Source: a bacterium (GTDB lineage Bacteria; Patescibacteriota; Minisyncoccia; Minisyncoccales; DAOVPY01). From it: a stretch of DNA of 47,039 nt. The position numbers and the translations under genes are program-made. Each line of letters begins with the position of its first letter. The stretch's first letter is position 1. The notes below the pieces were generated by a model. That model was not told the DNA's origin, did not search any database, and saw only the letters and a list, made by a program, of their open reading frames with translations. Location: positions 1 to 47,039 of the forward strand of contig JAUVKU010000002.1 of NCBI GenBank assembly GCA_030596105.1, read 5' to 3'. Positions 1-9,743 of this stretch are shown piece after piece.

Positions 1-18
1 TTATATTAAAATAAAAAA

Positions 19-459
19 ATGGAAAAACACTCTTTAGTCAGAACAATTTATCTTTATCTTTTTACCTTGCTCGGACTATCTCTTTTAATTATTGGTGGAG
101 TTGGCTTTTTAGATATGGGATTAAAAACTTTTGTTTTTACAAAAGCAGAAAAAGATCAAATGCTTTCGTATGATCGGTCGCCCGAACCCTATAATATTAA
201 TATCAAAACAATTGAAAAAGAAATAGAAAAAGGCAAAGAAGTGTGTCTTTCAGAAGAAGAAAAAAAAGAATTTAATAATTGGTTGGTTGGTTATAATGAC
301 TGGGAAAAAAGAAGGTCAGAAGTTAACTATATTACTTCGCGAAGGCACAAAGACGCTTCCAGAAATTTAGCGTTCATATTAATCGGACTTCCTTTGTACT
401 TCTATCATTGGAGAACTATTAAAAAAGAAACTAAGAACAAAGAAAAAATAAAAGCTTAA
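19..459 (+). CDS. Hypothetical membrane protein (two TM segments, DUF5671-like)
   Basis: 146-aa ORF with hydrophobic N-terminal (IYLYLFTLLGLSLLIIGGVG) and C-terminal (LAFILIGLPLYFYHW) helices. Confidence 0.7.
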   Translation: MEKHSLVRTIYLYLFTLLGLSLLIIGGVGFLDMGLKTFVFTKAEKDQMLSYDRSPEPYNINIKTIEKEIEKGKEVCLSEEEKKEFNNWLVGYNDWEKRRSEVNYITSRRHKDASRNLAFILIGLPLYFYHWRTIKKETKNKEKIKA

Positions 460-465
460 AAAAAT

Positions 466-1122
466 ATGTTGACATTAAAAGAAGTAAGACAAAATCCTTT
501 TGTTTTAAAATTTTTAAAAGAAAGCAAACACACCCTTCAAACAGCAAGTTATACTGATCATGGATTAAATCATGCGGAATTAGTCGCAAAAAGATCCCGT
601 CTTTTAGCTGAAAATTTTAAACTTCCAGAAACAGAACAAGAAATGTGCGCCATAGCTGGATTTACGCATGATTTTGGAAATTTTTTAGGCAGAGAAAACC
701 ACGACTTAGCTGGAGCGATGCTATTCCAAAATATATTCAAAGACAATTTCAATCCAAATGAATTAACAGCAATTATGAAAGCTATTTCTGACCATGACGG
801 CTATGAATTAAAACTTTCCAGCCCAATTTCCGCTATTGTAATTTTAGCTGATAAATCTGACACGCGTCGCGAAAGAGTTCTTGAAAAAAACATAACTGCG
901 ATAAAAAGCGATATCCATAGCAGGGTAAATTACGCAGTTACTGGCAATAGATTAAAAATTGATAAAAAAAGGGTGACCTTAATTTTAAAGATTGACACTA
1001 ATTTTGTTCCTGTAATGGAATTTTTTGAGATTTTTACAAATAGAATGGTTTACTGCCGTAAGGCGGCTGAATGTTTAGATTGTAGTTTTGCTTTAATTAT
1101 TAATGGATTTAAATTACTTTAA
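466..1122 (+). CDS. HD-domain metal-dependent phosphohydrolase
   Basis: DHGLNH, THDFG, SDHD and ILADKSD motifs typical of the HD superfamily. Confidence 0.85.
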   Translation: MLTLKEVRQNPFVLKFLKESKHTLQTASYTDHGLNHAELVAKRSRLLAENFKLPETEQEMCAIAGFTHDFGNFLGRENHDLAGAMLFQNIFKDNFNPNELTAIMKAISDHDGYELKLSSPISAIVILADKSDTRRERVLEKNITAIKSDIHSRVNYAVTGNRLKIDKKRVTLILKIDTNFVPVMEFFEIFTNRMVYCRKAAECLDCSFALIINGFKLL

Positions 1123-1123
1123 T

Positions 1124-1438
1124 ATGATAGAATTTAATGATGAAAATTTTGAAGAAGAAGTTTTAAAAAGCGAACAATTAGTTTTAGTTGATTTTTGGAT
1201 GCCTGGATGTAAACCTTGTTTGGCAATAGCTCCTATTGTTGAAGAACTGGCTAAAGAATTTGAAGGAAAGGCAAAAATTGGAAAACTAAATGTGGTTGAA
1301 AATCCCGAAACTCCTAAAAAATATAAAATTCCAGCAGTTCCAACTTTAATTATTTTTAAAAATGGAGAACCAACAGAAAAAGCTGTTGGGTTGCGTCCAA
1401 AACAAGTTTTAATTGATAAGATCAACTCGTTAATGTAA
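1124..1438 (+). CDS. trxA: Thioredoxin
   Basis: VLVDFW-x3-CKPC active site and cis-Pro VPTL motif; ATG at 1124 just after the HD gene stop. Confidence 0.9.
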   Translation: MIEFNDENFEEEVLKSEQLVLVDFWMPGCKPCLAIAPIVEELAKEFEGKAKIGKLNVVENPETPKKYKIPAVPTLIIFKNGEPTEKAVGLRPKQVLIDKINSLM

Positions 1439-1454
1439 GAATGAATAAAATATA

Positions 1455-1484
1455 AAAACAGCTCCGATTTCTCGGAGCTGTTTT
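1455..1484. terminator. Bidirectional intrinsic terminator between convergent trxA and glycosyltransferase
   Basis: aaaacagctccga-tttc-tcggagctgtttt perfect stem with A/T tails. Confidence 0.85.
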
Positions 1485-1513
1485 ATTGTTATTCTATTTT
1501 ACTGAAACTTTAA

Positions 1514-2629
1514 TTATTTTTTGCTTTTCAAAAGTTTATAATACAACTTTTCATGGCTATCCGCCATTTTTTGAACAGTAAATTTTTTCTCTATGTGCTC
1601 ACGACAATTTCGCCTCATCTTTATATACTCCTCTTCAGGCATTTGATAAAGCTTTTTGATTGCCTCTGCGTAACCTTTTATGTTTGGCTTTTTATTTTTA
1701 TCAAACGGCTTAACAATAAATCCAGTTTTCCCATCTTGAACTATCTCTGAGACAGAACCTCTGTCAAAAGCAATAACTGGAGTTCCGCAAGCCATGGCCT
1801 CTATCATAGTCAAACCAAATGGCTCGTCCCATTGAATAGGCATAAGAAACGCCTTAGCTGATGCGTAAGCGTTATACCACTCCTTAGAATACTTTTTCAC
1901 CATTCCTTTATAAGAGATGTCTTTATTGGTTTGAGAAAGCACGGAATCCCTTAAATAATCCTCTTTTCCGGGGCCGTAAATGTCTAGCTTTATTTTATTT
2001 TGTTTGGACGCTTTAATTGCAAATTCAACGCCTTTTTCTTTTGAAACCCGACTTAAAAATACGCAATTATTCTTTGGTTTTAAACTAAAAGGATAATTTT
2101 CAACATTAACCCCATGATAAATGGTTTCCACATAATTCAAAGACGGAAATGTTTTTCTCTGAGCGTTTGAGATAGATATTAGCTTTGATTTCTTAAAAAA
2201 AGTCATCAATGGCTTAAAAGGCGAAACAAAATTTTCATGTATAGTAAAGACCACAGGACATTTTGCAAATTTAACAAATGGCTCTCCAAAAATTACACGC
2301 CCCACATGAAGATGAATAATATCGTATTTATCAGAATTTTTAATAAGCTCGCTAATGTAAGCTATCCTATAAGCAACATGTAAATCTTTCACCCATTCTT
2401 CGGGTATAAAAGCGTAATCAAGTTTATGTGGCAATAGCCCCAGATTAACTATTTTCGCTTTTTTCATAGACGATCCTTTTGAAGCATAAATAGTCACACT
2501 ATGACCCTTTTTAATCATTGCCTCTGCCATATCTTGCATTACATCCGCATTAGCGGTAATAAGATCTTTTGGCGGTGGAAACACCGTCCTATTTGAACAA
2601 TAATAAGCAATTTTTAATTTTTTTTTCAT
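1514..2629 (-). CDS. GT4 family glycosyltransferase
   Basis: EPFGLTMIEAMACGTPVI GT-B motif; SRVSKEKG donor-binding segment. Confidence 0.9.
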   Translation of the reverse strand: MKKKLKIAYYCSNRTVFPPPKDLITANADVMQDMAEAMIKKGHSVTIYASKGSSMKKAKIVNLGLLPHKLDYAFIPEEWVKDLHVAYRIAYISELIKNSDKYDIIHLHVGRVIFGEPFVKFAKCPVVFTIHENFVSPFKPLMTFFKKSKLISISNAQRKTFPSLNYVETIYHGVNVENYPFSLKPKNNCVFLSRVSKEKGVEFAIKASKQNKIKLDIYGPGKEDYLRDSVLSQTNKDISYKGMVKKYSKEWYNAYASAKAFLMPIQWDEPFGLTMIEAMACGTPVIAFDRGSVSEIVQDGKTGFIVKPFDKNKKPNIKGYAEAIKKLYQMPEEEYIKMRRNCREHIEKKFTVQKMADSHEKLYYKLLKSKK

Positions 2630-2636
2630 ATAAAAA

Positions 2637-3920
2637 TTATGATAATAATTCTTGATATAATTTTAACATTTCTAAAGTGATTTTATTCCAACTATAATTT
2701 TCTTTTACAACTACTTCAGCATTTTTAGTCAATTTATTTCTCAATTTTTCATCTTTAAAAAGCTGAATTATTTTTTTCGCAAGAATTCTATGATTTTTTG
2801 GTGGGAAAAGAAGTCCCGTTTTTCTATTTTGTATGATATAAGAAAGCCCTCCAACATTTGAAGCAACCACAGGCACACCACAACGCATTGCTTCTAACGA
2901 TGTCATACCAAAAGGTTCATAATAAGATGGAATTACAAAAACATCGCCAGCTGAATAATAATAACTTAATTTTTTTTGATCTCTTCTACCTAAAAATAAA
3001 ATTTGTTTTTCAATTTCTAATGCTTTAGCAATCTCTTTTAATCGGCTAATTTCCCTCTTATCATCAGGATCACCCTTTTTGCCGATTTTCCCACCAACGA
3101 CCACAATATTTAAATTTAATCCTGGCAAAGCCTTTGAAACCAAAGGAAGCGCCCTTATTAATGTTTCAATCCCCTTACGCCAATCCATCCGCCCAATATA
3201 CGAAATAATTTTATCTGTTTCGGAAAAATGATTAATATAGCTTCTTGCGCTCTTATGATTTATTTTCCTAAATCGTTTTAAATTAACTCCACACGGAATA
3301 GTTTTTATCTTGCTCTCCAAATCAAAATCATAATAATGCATCAAGTCTCTTTTTTCTGGCGGATTTGTTGCTATTATAGCGTCTGTTGTTTCCATTATCT
3401 CTTTTTCGGCTATTAAACGCTCTTTAAAATCTTCAATATTTATATCCTCTTTTTCAAATTCTTTTAATGTGCGATGACGAACATGCCCCAAGGAATGAAA
3501 AGTTTGCACCATTGGAATACGACATATTCTTTTTATTTGAGCCGCTACCCAACCGCCTAAATAATAATTTCCGTGAATTATTTTATAATTAATTTTATTC
3601 TCAGTCTTGTAAGCAAGAAAATTGCCAATAAATTCTGGCAACGCTTCAAATACTTTATTCTTTGGCATGAAATAACGAGGACCTGCCTTTATATATACAA
3701 TGTTCACATTTTTCGCATAAGGCTTGACCATTTTTGTTCTTTTTCTTCTCAGTCTAGTAAAAACATCAACTGACCAACCACTTCGTCCCAAAGCCTTGCT
3801 CAACTCAGAGACATAAACATTCTGCCCCCCTGCTTCATGCCCACCCAACTTAGCTGACGGATCAGAGTGAATGCTAATAATCGCTATTCTTTTTTTAGAA
3901 CTATTTTTTTCGTTACTCAT
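2637..3920 (-). CDS. GT4 glycosyltransferase, MshA/sucrose-phosphate-synthase-like
   Basis: HSDP..GGHEAGGQNVYV N-terminus, GRMDWRKG, EPFGMTSLEAM; start placed at ATG 3920 (MSNEK). Confidence 0.85.
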   Translation of the reverse strand: MSNEKNSSKKRIAIISIHSDPSAKLGGHEAGGQNVYVSELSKALGRSGWSVDVFTRLRRKRTKMVKPYAKNVNIVYIKAGPRYFMPKNKVFEALPEFIGNFLAYKTENKINYKIIHGNYYLGGWVAAQIKRICRIPMVQTFHSLGHVRHRTLKEFEKEDINIEDFKERLIAEKEIMETTDAIIATNPPEKRDLMHYYDFDLESKIKTIPCGVNLKRFRKINHKSARSYINHFSETDKIISYIGRMDWRKGIETLIRALPLVSKALPGLNLNIVVVGGKIGKKGDPDDKREISRLKEIAKALEIEKQILFLGRRDQKKLSYYYSAGDVFVIPSYYEPFGMTSLEAMRCGVPVVASNVGGLSYIIQNRKTGLLFPPKNHRILAKKIIQLFKDEKLRNKLTKNAEVVVKENYSWNKITLEMLKLYQELLS

Positions 3921-4045
3921 AATTTTAAAAGCAAAAATTTTTTGAAAATTCTTTTTTTCTTTATTTAAATTATAATTTAATTCTAACCCTAACAATGAGT
4001 TGCGTCAATGATATACGACAAATCCAAGATATGTTTTGTAATATA

Positions 4046-4077
4046 AAAACAGCTCCGATTTCTCGGAGCTGTTTTTT
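4046..4077 (-). terminator. Intrinsic terminator downstream of typA, identical to the one at 1455
   Basis: aaaacagctccgatttctcggagctgtttt stem-loop. Confidence 0.85.
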
Positions 4078-4083
4078 ATTATT

Positions 4084-5871
4084 TTATTTGCCTCTACGTT
4101 TAATTTGAGTGCGTTGTGTTTCAGTTAAATATCTTTTTCTAAGCCGAATACTTTTTGGCGTAATTTCAAGATATTCATCATTATTCATAATCTCAAATCC
4201 AGATTCAATAGTAATCTCTTGTGGAGGGACAAGCTGAATAGCGTCATCAGATCCAGAAGCTCGCATATTTGTAAGCTGTTTACCTTTAATCGGATTTACA
4301 GCTGATTCTTCGCCCTTTGAAGTGTTGCCGATCACCATGCCTTCATATACTTCTGTGCCCGGACCGACATACAGCGTTCCTCGTTTTTGAAGATTATTAA
4401 GCGAGAAACCTAAAGTTTTTCCATTTGCCATTGATGTCATTGATCCAGTTAAACGCTTTTGTATTTCTCCAGCGTATTTCTTAAAACCAATTACTCTACT
4501 CGTAAGAATCCCCTCTCCTTTTGTGTCAATAATAAATTGTCCGCGATAACCCAAAAGGCCACGCGTAGGCATTTCAAACTCCAAACGAACAATATCTCCA
4601 TTTTGCTTAACTTCAAGAAGTTTTGCCTTTCGCTTACTTAATTTTTCAATTATCGTTCCTTGATAGGAAACAGGAATATCAACAGTAACCTCTTCATGTG
4701 GTTCAGTCTTAATACCGTCTTTTTCTTTAAAAATAATGCGTGGTTGCGAAACCTGCAATTCATATCCCTCGCGACGCATATTTTCAAGAAGTATTGCGAT
4801 ATGTAATTCGCCTCTTCCAATAACCTTAAAATTGTTAACTTCACTAAAATCAATAAACAGTCCCACATTTATTTCAAGTTCGCGCTCAAGTCGTTCGCGA
4901 ACCTGCCTACCTGTTACAAATTTCCCCTCCCTGCCAGCAAGAGGAGAATCATTGACTAAAAAACTCAATGAAATTGTTGGCTCATCAATCTTAATCTCTG
5001 GAAGTAACACAGCATTTTCATCTGAAGTAATCATTTCGCCAATAAATATATCTGGCAAACCAGCAATCATAACAATATCACCAGCATACGCTTCAGAAAC
5101 TTCTTCGCGAGAAACGCCTTTTAATGTAAAAAGTTTTGTGATTTTTCCAGACCGTATTTCTTTTGTTGGATTTTTAACAAAAACAGTTTCGCCAACACGA
5201 ATAACGCCATCATAAATACGGCTTATGGCAATTCTTCCAAGAAAATTATCATACGCAAGATTAAATGACTGCGCTCGTAATGGTGCGTCTAAATTAGCAA
5301 CTGCAGCAGGAACATCTTCAAGAATTGTATCCAAAAGCGGTAAAACACTATTTGAATCCTCGTCAAGATTTTTTTTCACAATTCCATCACGAGCAATTGC
5401 ATATACGGTAGTAAAATTGAGTTGTTCATCGTTTGCGCCAAGATCTAAAAATAATTCAAATACTTGCTCTTTTGCTAATTTTGGATCTGCGCCCTGTTTA
5501 TCAATTTTATTAATAACCAAAATTGGCTTAAGTCCAAGTTCAAGCGATTTCTTTAATACAAAACGTGTTTGAGGCATTGGCCCCTCTTTAGCGTCAACAA
5601 CCAAAAGCACGGAATCAATAGAACGAAGCACTCGCTCTACTTCTGAACCAAAATCCGCATGGCCGGGCGTATCAACAATATTAATCTTTGTTCCATTATA
5701 AAAAACGGCGGAATTCTTCGCGTAAATAGTAATTCCCCTTTCCTTTTCCAATATATTGGTATCCATGCTCATTCCCTCTTCAAACGCTCCCGTTTGACGC
5801 ATAATCGCGTCCGTTAGAGTTGTTTTACCATGATCAACATGGGCTATAATTGCAATATTACGAATTTCCAT
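4084..5871 (-). CDS. typA: Translational GTPase TypA/BipA
   Basis: [33 protein letters not shown] and [12 protein letters not shown] motifs; start at ATG 5871. Confidence 0.96.
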   Translation of the reverse strand: MEIRNIAIIAHVDHGKTTLTDAIMRQTGAFEEGMSMDTNILEKERGITIYAKNSAVFYNGTKINIVDTPGHADFGSEVERVLRSIDSVLLVVDAKEGPMPQTRFVLKKSLELGLKPILVINKIDKQGADPKLAKEQVFELFLDLGANDEQLNFTTVYAIARDGIVKKNLDEDSNSVLPLLDTILEDVPAAVANLDAPLRAQSFNLAYDNFLGRIAISRIYDGVIRVGETVFVKNPTKEIRSGKITKLFTLKGVSREEVSEAYAGDIVMIAGLPDIFIGEMITSDENAVLLPEIKIDEPTISLSFLVNDSPLAGREGKFVTGRQVRERLERELEINVGLFIDFSEVNNFKVIGRGELHIAILLENMRREGYELQVSQPRIIFKEKDGIKTEPHEEVTVDIPVSYQGTIIEKLSKRKAKLLEVKQNGDIVRLEFEMPTRGLLGYRGQFIIDTKGEGILTSRVIGFKKYAGEIQKRLTGSMTSMANGKTLGFSLNNLQKRGTLYVGPGTEVYEGMVIGNTSKGEESAVNPIKGKQLTNMRASGSDDAIQLVPPQEITIESGFEIMNNDEYLEITPKSIRLRKRYLTETQRTQIKRRGK

Positions 5872-5918
5872 CTTCCTTTCAAAAAATAACTTGTTTATAA
5901 CAGTTTTAACTATATAAC

Positions 5919-5941
5919 AGACCTGTTGCTTAACAGGCCTA
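5919..5941. repeat. Short copy of the TAGACCYGTTGC palindrome family
   Basis: agacctgtt-gctt-aacaggcct; shares its left arm with 23283-23313. Confidence 0.55.
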
Positions 5942-5958
5942 AAATAGTTTACTGTTAA

Positions 5959-5987
5959 AGTATACATAAAAATAGACAAAAAGTCAA
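5959..5987 (-). promoter_or_regulatory. sigma70-type promoter for typA
   Basis: Minus strand TTGACT-17 nt-TATACT. Confidence 0.65.
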
Positions 5988-6037
5988 ATTTAACTTAATA
6001 AAAATCGCCCCATATTCTTACACCTTACCCTTAAAAT

Positions 6038-6065
6038 TTGCCAGAAAAACAGAAAATGATATAAT
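6038..6065 (+). promoter_or_regulatory. sigma70-type promoter (extended -10) for dnaE
   Basis: TTGCCA-16 nt-TATAAT with TG extension (TGATATAAT). Confidence 0.65.
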
Positions 6066-6225
6066 GAGACTGTTAAATAATATGCTTTCGTAGCGAGATT
6101 TAAAAATTTTGAGCGAGAATTGTGAAAAACGAGGAGGTTATGCCATAGTATAGCTGACGAGTTCTGAATAATTCGTAGCCGAAATTTTAAAATCGCAGTA
6201 GAAATGATATTGTTCAACAGTCTCA
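6065..6225 (+). repeat. Long-hairpin MITE-like or leader-RNA element, copy 1
   Basis: Terminal inverted repeats tgagactgttaaataa / ttgttcaacagtctca with nested internal stems; related copy at 37274-37367. Confidence 0.7.
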
Positions 6226-6232
6226 AACTTTA

Positions 6233-9200
6233 ATGTCTAAATTTACACATTTACATGTTCATAGCCATTATTCCCTATTAGACGGTCTTTCAAAAATAGA
6301 CGAACTTTTAGATTATGTGAAAGAATCGGGAATGGATTCTGTGGCATTAACTGATCACGGCGTACTTTACGGAGCTGTGGAATTTTACAAAAAAGCAAAA
6401 AAGAAAGGAATAAAACCTATTATTGGCTGTGAGGTTTATGTTGCTTACGAAGGATTAGAACAAAAAAGACCAGGTATTGACGATAAAAAATATCATTTAA
6501 TTCTACTCGCAAAAAACGAAAAAGGATATAAAAATTTGGTTAAATTAGTTTCTAAAGCGCATTTAGAAGGCTTTTATTATAAGCCTCGTATTGACGAAGA
6601 ATTACTTGCCAGGCACAGCGAAGGACTAATCGCTCTATCTGCTTGCATTCAAGGAAAAATCCCACATCTCTTTATCGCTAACAAACCAGAAGAAGCGGAA
6701 AAAACAGCACTAAAATACCAAAAAATTTTTGGAAAAAATAATTTTTATTTAGAGCTTCAACATCACGAAAATGTTCCAGGACAAGAAAAAGCAAATAATG
6801 CTTTAATAGCGCTTTCCAAAAAATTAGATATTCCCCTTGTAGCAACTAACGATTGCCACTATTTAAGAGAAGAAGATGCTGAAGCCCAAGACATTTTAGT
6901 TCTTATCAATACTGGAACAAATATCAATGATAAAAATCGCCTATCAATGATGTCTGATAATTTTTCAATGTATCCACCAGATAAAATGGCGAAACTTTTC
7001 AAAGAAACTCCTGAAGCAATTAGCAATACGCAAAAAATTGTTGAACAATGTAATTTTGATTTTAAATTGGGCGAAACAAAACTTCCCTATTTCCCAGTCC
7101 CAGACAAAGAAACTCCTGAAAAATATCTAAAAAAACTTTGCGAACAAGGATTAAAAAAACGCAAATCTGAAATATCGGATAAAAACGATGCACTCAAACG
7201 ATTGGATTACGAGCTTTCAATTATCCACAAAATGGGATTTGATGCGTATTTCCTTATTGTCCAAGATTTTGTTAATTGGGCAAAACAAAATCGCATTGTT
7301 GTGGGTCCTGGAAGAGGTAGCGCGGCAGGTTCGCTAGTTTCGTTTGTCTTAAACATTACAGATGTTAATCCATTAAAATATGACCTACTTTTTGAACGAT
7401 TTTTAAATCCGTCTAGAATTTCAATGCCTGATATTGACCTTGATTTCACTGACTGGAGAAGAGATGAAGTCATAAACTATATTGCTGAAAAATACGGCAA
7501 AGAAAATGTGGCGCAAATTATTACATTTGGAACAATGGCTGCAAGGGCCGTTATAAGAGATGTTGGCAGAGCATTACAATATCCCTATGCCTATTGCGAC
7601 CAAATTGCTAAAATGATACCACTTGGATTTAATTTAGATGAAACATTAGAAAATGTAAACGAATTCAAAAAACTTTACGAATCAAATAAACAAGCAAGTC
7701 GTTTAATTGACTTAGGTAAAAAATTAGAAGGTTGCGCTAGACACGCCTCAACACATGCCTGTGGATTAGTAATTTCCAAAGATCCTTTAACCGAAACTGT
7801 TCCATTACAACGATCATCAAAACAAAACAGTCAGGCCATTGTTACTCAATATGAAATGCATGCAATTGAAGATTTAGGATTGTTGAAAATGGATCTTTTG
7901 GGATTAAAAAATCTAACTATCATTGAAGACACCTTGGCCAGAATTTACAAAGTTAGAAACGAATCATTAAAAATAGAAGAAATTCCTTTAAATAATAAAG
8001 GAACTTACGAACTTTTACAAAAAGGAGATAGCACATCAGTATTTCAATTAGAATCAGATGGAATGAAACGATACCTAAGAGAATTAAAACCAACTGAGTT
8101 TGAAGACATAATCGCTATGGTTGCGCTATATAGACCGGGGCCAATGCAATTCATACCAGACTATATTAGAGGAAAATATAACCCAGAAAAAATAACATAT
8201 TTACATCCTAAGTTAAAACCAATTCTAAAAAACACCTATGGAATTATGGTTTACCAGGAACAATTGATGCAAATCGCCCAACAATTCGCTGGATTTTCCT
8301 TGGCAGAAGCAGACATTCTAAGAAAGGCTGTTGGCAAAAAAATTAAAGGCCTTCTTTTAAAACAAAAAGAAAAATTTATTGATGGAGCTATAAAAAACGG
8401 GGCCGAAGAACGAATTGCCAAAAAAATATGGGAATGGGTGTTGCCATTCGCCAGCTACGGCTTTAACCGATCACATGCTGCATGCTACGCCATGATCGCA
8501 TATAGAACAGCTTATCTAAAAGTTAATTATCCAATAGAATTTATGGCATCTGTTTTAACATCAGAAAAAAACGATATTGAAAAAATCGCTTTTCTGATAG
8601 ATGAATGCAAAAGAATGAAAATAGAAGTTTTGCCACCCGACATCAATGAAAGTTTTAAAAACTTTTCAGTTGTCCCAAAACAAAATAAAATCCGTTTTGG
8701 ACTTTTAGCGATTAAAAATGTGGGCTATAATGTAGTTGAAGCAATAGTTGAAGAAAGAAAAGAAAATGGTTCGTTTCTTTCTATTGGGGATTTCACTGAA
8801 AGAGTGCCGTCAAAATATGTAAACAAAAAATCCATGGAAAGCTTGATTAAAACTGGAGCCTTTGATAACTTTGAAGAAAGAAACAAGCTTTTAACAAATT
8901 TAGAAAAATTACTTGAATGGAGCCGTGAAGCGCAAAAAAATAAAATAAGTGGGCAAAAGGGACTTTTTGACACCCTGCCAACAAGCAAAAACAATACTGG
9001 TCCTATTCTTGCTTCAGCTCCAGAGCTTGAAAGAAGAAAAAAATTAGATTGGGAAAAAGAGCTTTTGGGCCTTTATATTAGTAGCCACCCATTAAAAAAT
9101 TTCAAAAAAAATTTTGAAGCAAAAGTATTGCCTATAACAAAAATTTCGATAAATTCAACAGGAAAAAGAATAAGAATTTTAGGTATTATTTCCACAATTA

Positions 9201-9445
9201 AAAAAATAATCACAAAAACAGGAAAACCAATGCTTTTTGTCAAATTGGAAGACCAAACAGGCAATATTGAATTAGTTGTATTTCCCAAACTCCTCGAACA
9301 AGAACCGAATATTTTTCAAGAGAATAAAATAGTGCTTATTAGGGGTAAAGTTGACAGCCGTGACGGCATCCCTAAAATAATTTGCGATGTAGCGGAAGAA
9401 GTAGTAGAACAAAGAGAGAAAATAATAGAGCAAAGAAAAATTTAA
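6233..9445 (+). CDS. dnaE: DNA polymerase III alpha subunit
   Basis: PHP motifs HLHVHSHYSLLDG and TDHG; GRGSAAGS; catalytic PDIDLDF; C-terminal OB fold. Confidence 0.97.
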   Translation: MSKFTHLHVHSHYSLLDGLSKIDELLDYVKESGMDSVALTDHGVLYGAVEFYKKAKKKGIKPIIGCEVYVAYEGLEQKRPGIDDKKYHLILLAKNEKGYKNLVKLVSKAHLEGFYYKPRIDEELLARHSEGLIALSACIQGKIPHLFIANKPEEAEKTALKYQKIFGKNNFYLELQHHENVPGQEKANNALIALSKKLDIPLVATNDCHYLREEDAEAQDILVLINTGTNINDKNRLSMMSDNFSMYPPDKMAKLFKETPEAISNTQKIVEQCNFDFKLGETKLPYFPVPDKETPEKYLKKLCEQGLKKRKSEISDKNDALKRLDYELSIIHKMGFDAYFLIVQDFVNWAKQNRIVVGPGRGSAAGSLVSFVLNITDVNPLKYDLLFERFLNPSRISMPDIDLDFTDWRRDEVINYIAEKYGKENVAQIITFGTMAARAVIRDVGRALQYPYAYCDQIAKMIPLGFNLDETLENVNEFKKLYESNKQASRLIDLGKKLEGCARHASTHACGLVISKDPLTETVPLQRSSKQNSQAIVTQYEMHAIEDLGLLKMDLLGLKNLTIIEDTLARIYKVRNESLKIEEIPLNNKGTYELLQKGDSTSVFQLESDGMKRYLRELKPTEFEDIIAMVALYRPGPMQFIPDYIRGKYNPEKITYLHPKLKPILKNTYGIMVYQEQLMQIAQQFAGFSLAEADILRKAVGKKIKGLLLKQKEKFIDGAIKNGAEERIAKKIWEWVLPFASYGFNRSHAACYAMIAYRTAYLKVNYPIEFMASVLTSEKNDIEKIAFLIDECKRMKIEVLPPDINESFKNFSVVPKQNKIRFGLLAIKNVGYNVVEAIVEERKENGSFLSIGDFTERVPSKYVNKKSMESLIKTGAFDNFEERNKLLTNLEKLLEWSREAQKNKISGQKGLFDTLPTSKNNTGPILASAPELERRKKLDWEKELLGLYISSHPLKNFKKNFEAKVLPITKISINSTGKRIRILGIISTIKKIITKTGKPMLFVKLEDQTGNIELVVFPKLLEQEPNIFQENKIVLIRGKVDSRDGIPKIICDVAEEVVEQREKIIEQRKI

Positions 9446-9518
9446 AAATTTGAAATAAAAAAATAAGGATACAACCTAATCGTTAAAAACAATTTGATTG
9501 TACCCTTTACTTGGTGGT

Positions 9519-9686
9519 TCAATAATTGGCGCCATGCAAAATGGATACATAAAGAAACAGCACTACAGCAAATATAATCCAAGCAACCACTAGTGACACA
9601 TTCTCAATATTTATACCAAATAAAATAAAAACCATTGCCACCAACACGCATACATGTACATATTCCAGTATTTCTGCTCTCAGCAT
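9519..9686 (-). CDS. Small 55-aa two-TM membrane protein (below the ORF-track cutoff)
   Basis: Hand translation MLRAEILEYVHVCVLVAMVFILFGINIENVSLVVAWIIFAVVLFLYVSILHGANY*; consensus promoter directly upstream. Confidence 0.6.
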   Translation of the reverse strand: MLRAEILEYVHVCVLVAMVFILFGINIENVSLVVAWIIFAVVLFLYVSILHGANY

Positions 9687-9702
9687 TTTTATCGCTACCT
9701 AA

Positions 9703-9731
9703 ATTATAAACCATTTATCATTTTTTGTCAA
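9703..9731 (-). promoter_or_regulatory. Perfect consensus sigma70 promoter for the small ORF
   Basis: Minus strand TTGACA (9731-9726)-17 nt-TATAAT (9708-9703). Confidence 0.75.
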
Positions 9732-9743
9732 TAAAAAACTCGT

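Noticed and set aside
5990-6226. 78-aa minus-strand ORF
   Set aside because: Lies across the hairpin element and the dnaE promoter; no recognisable protein features
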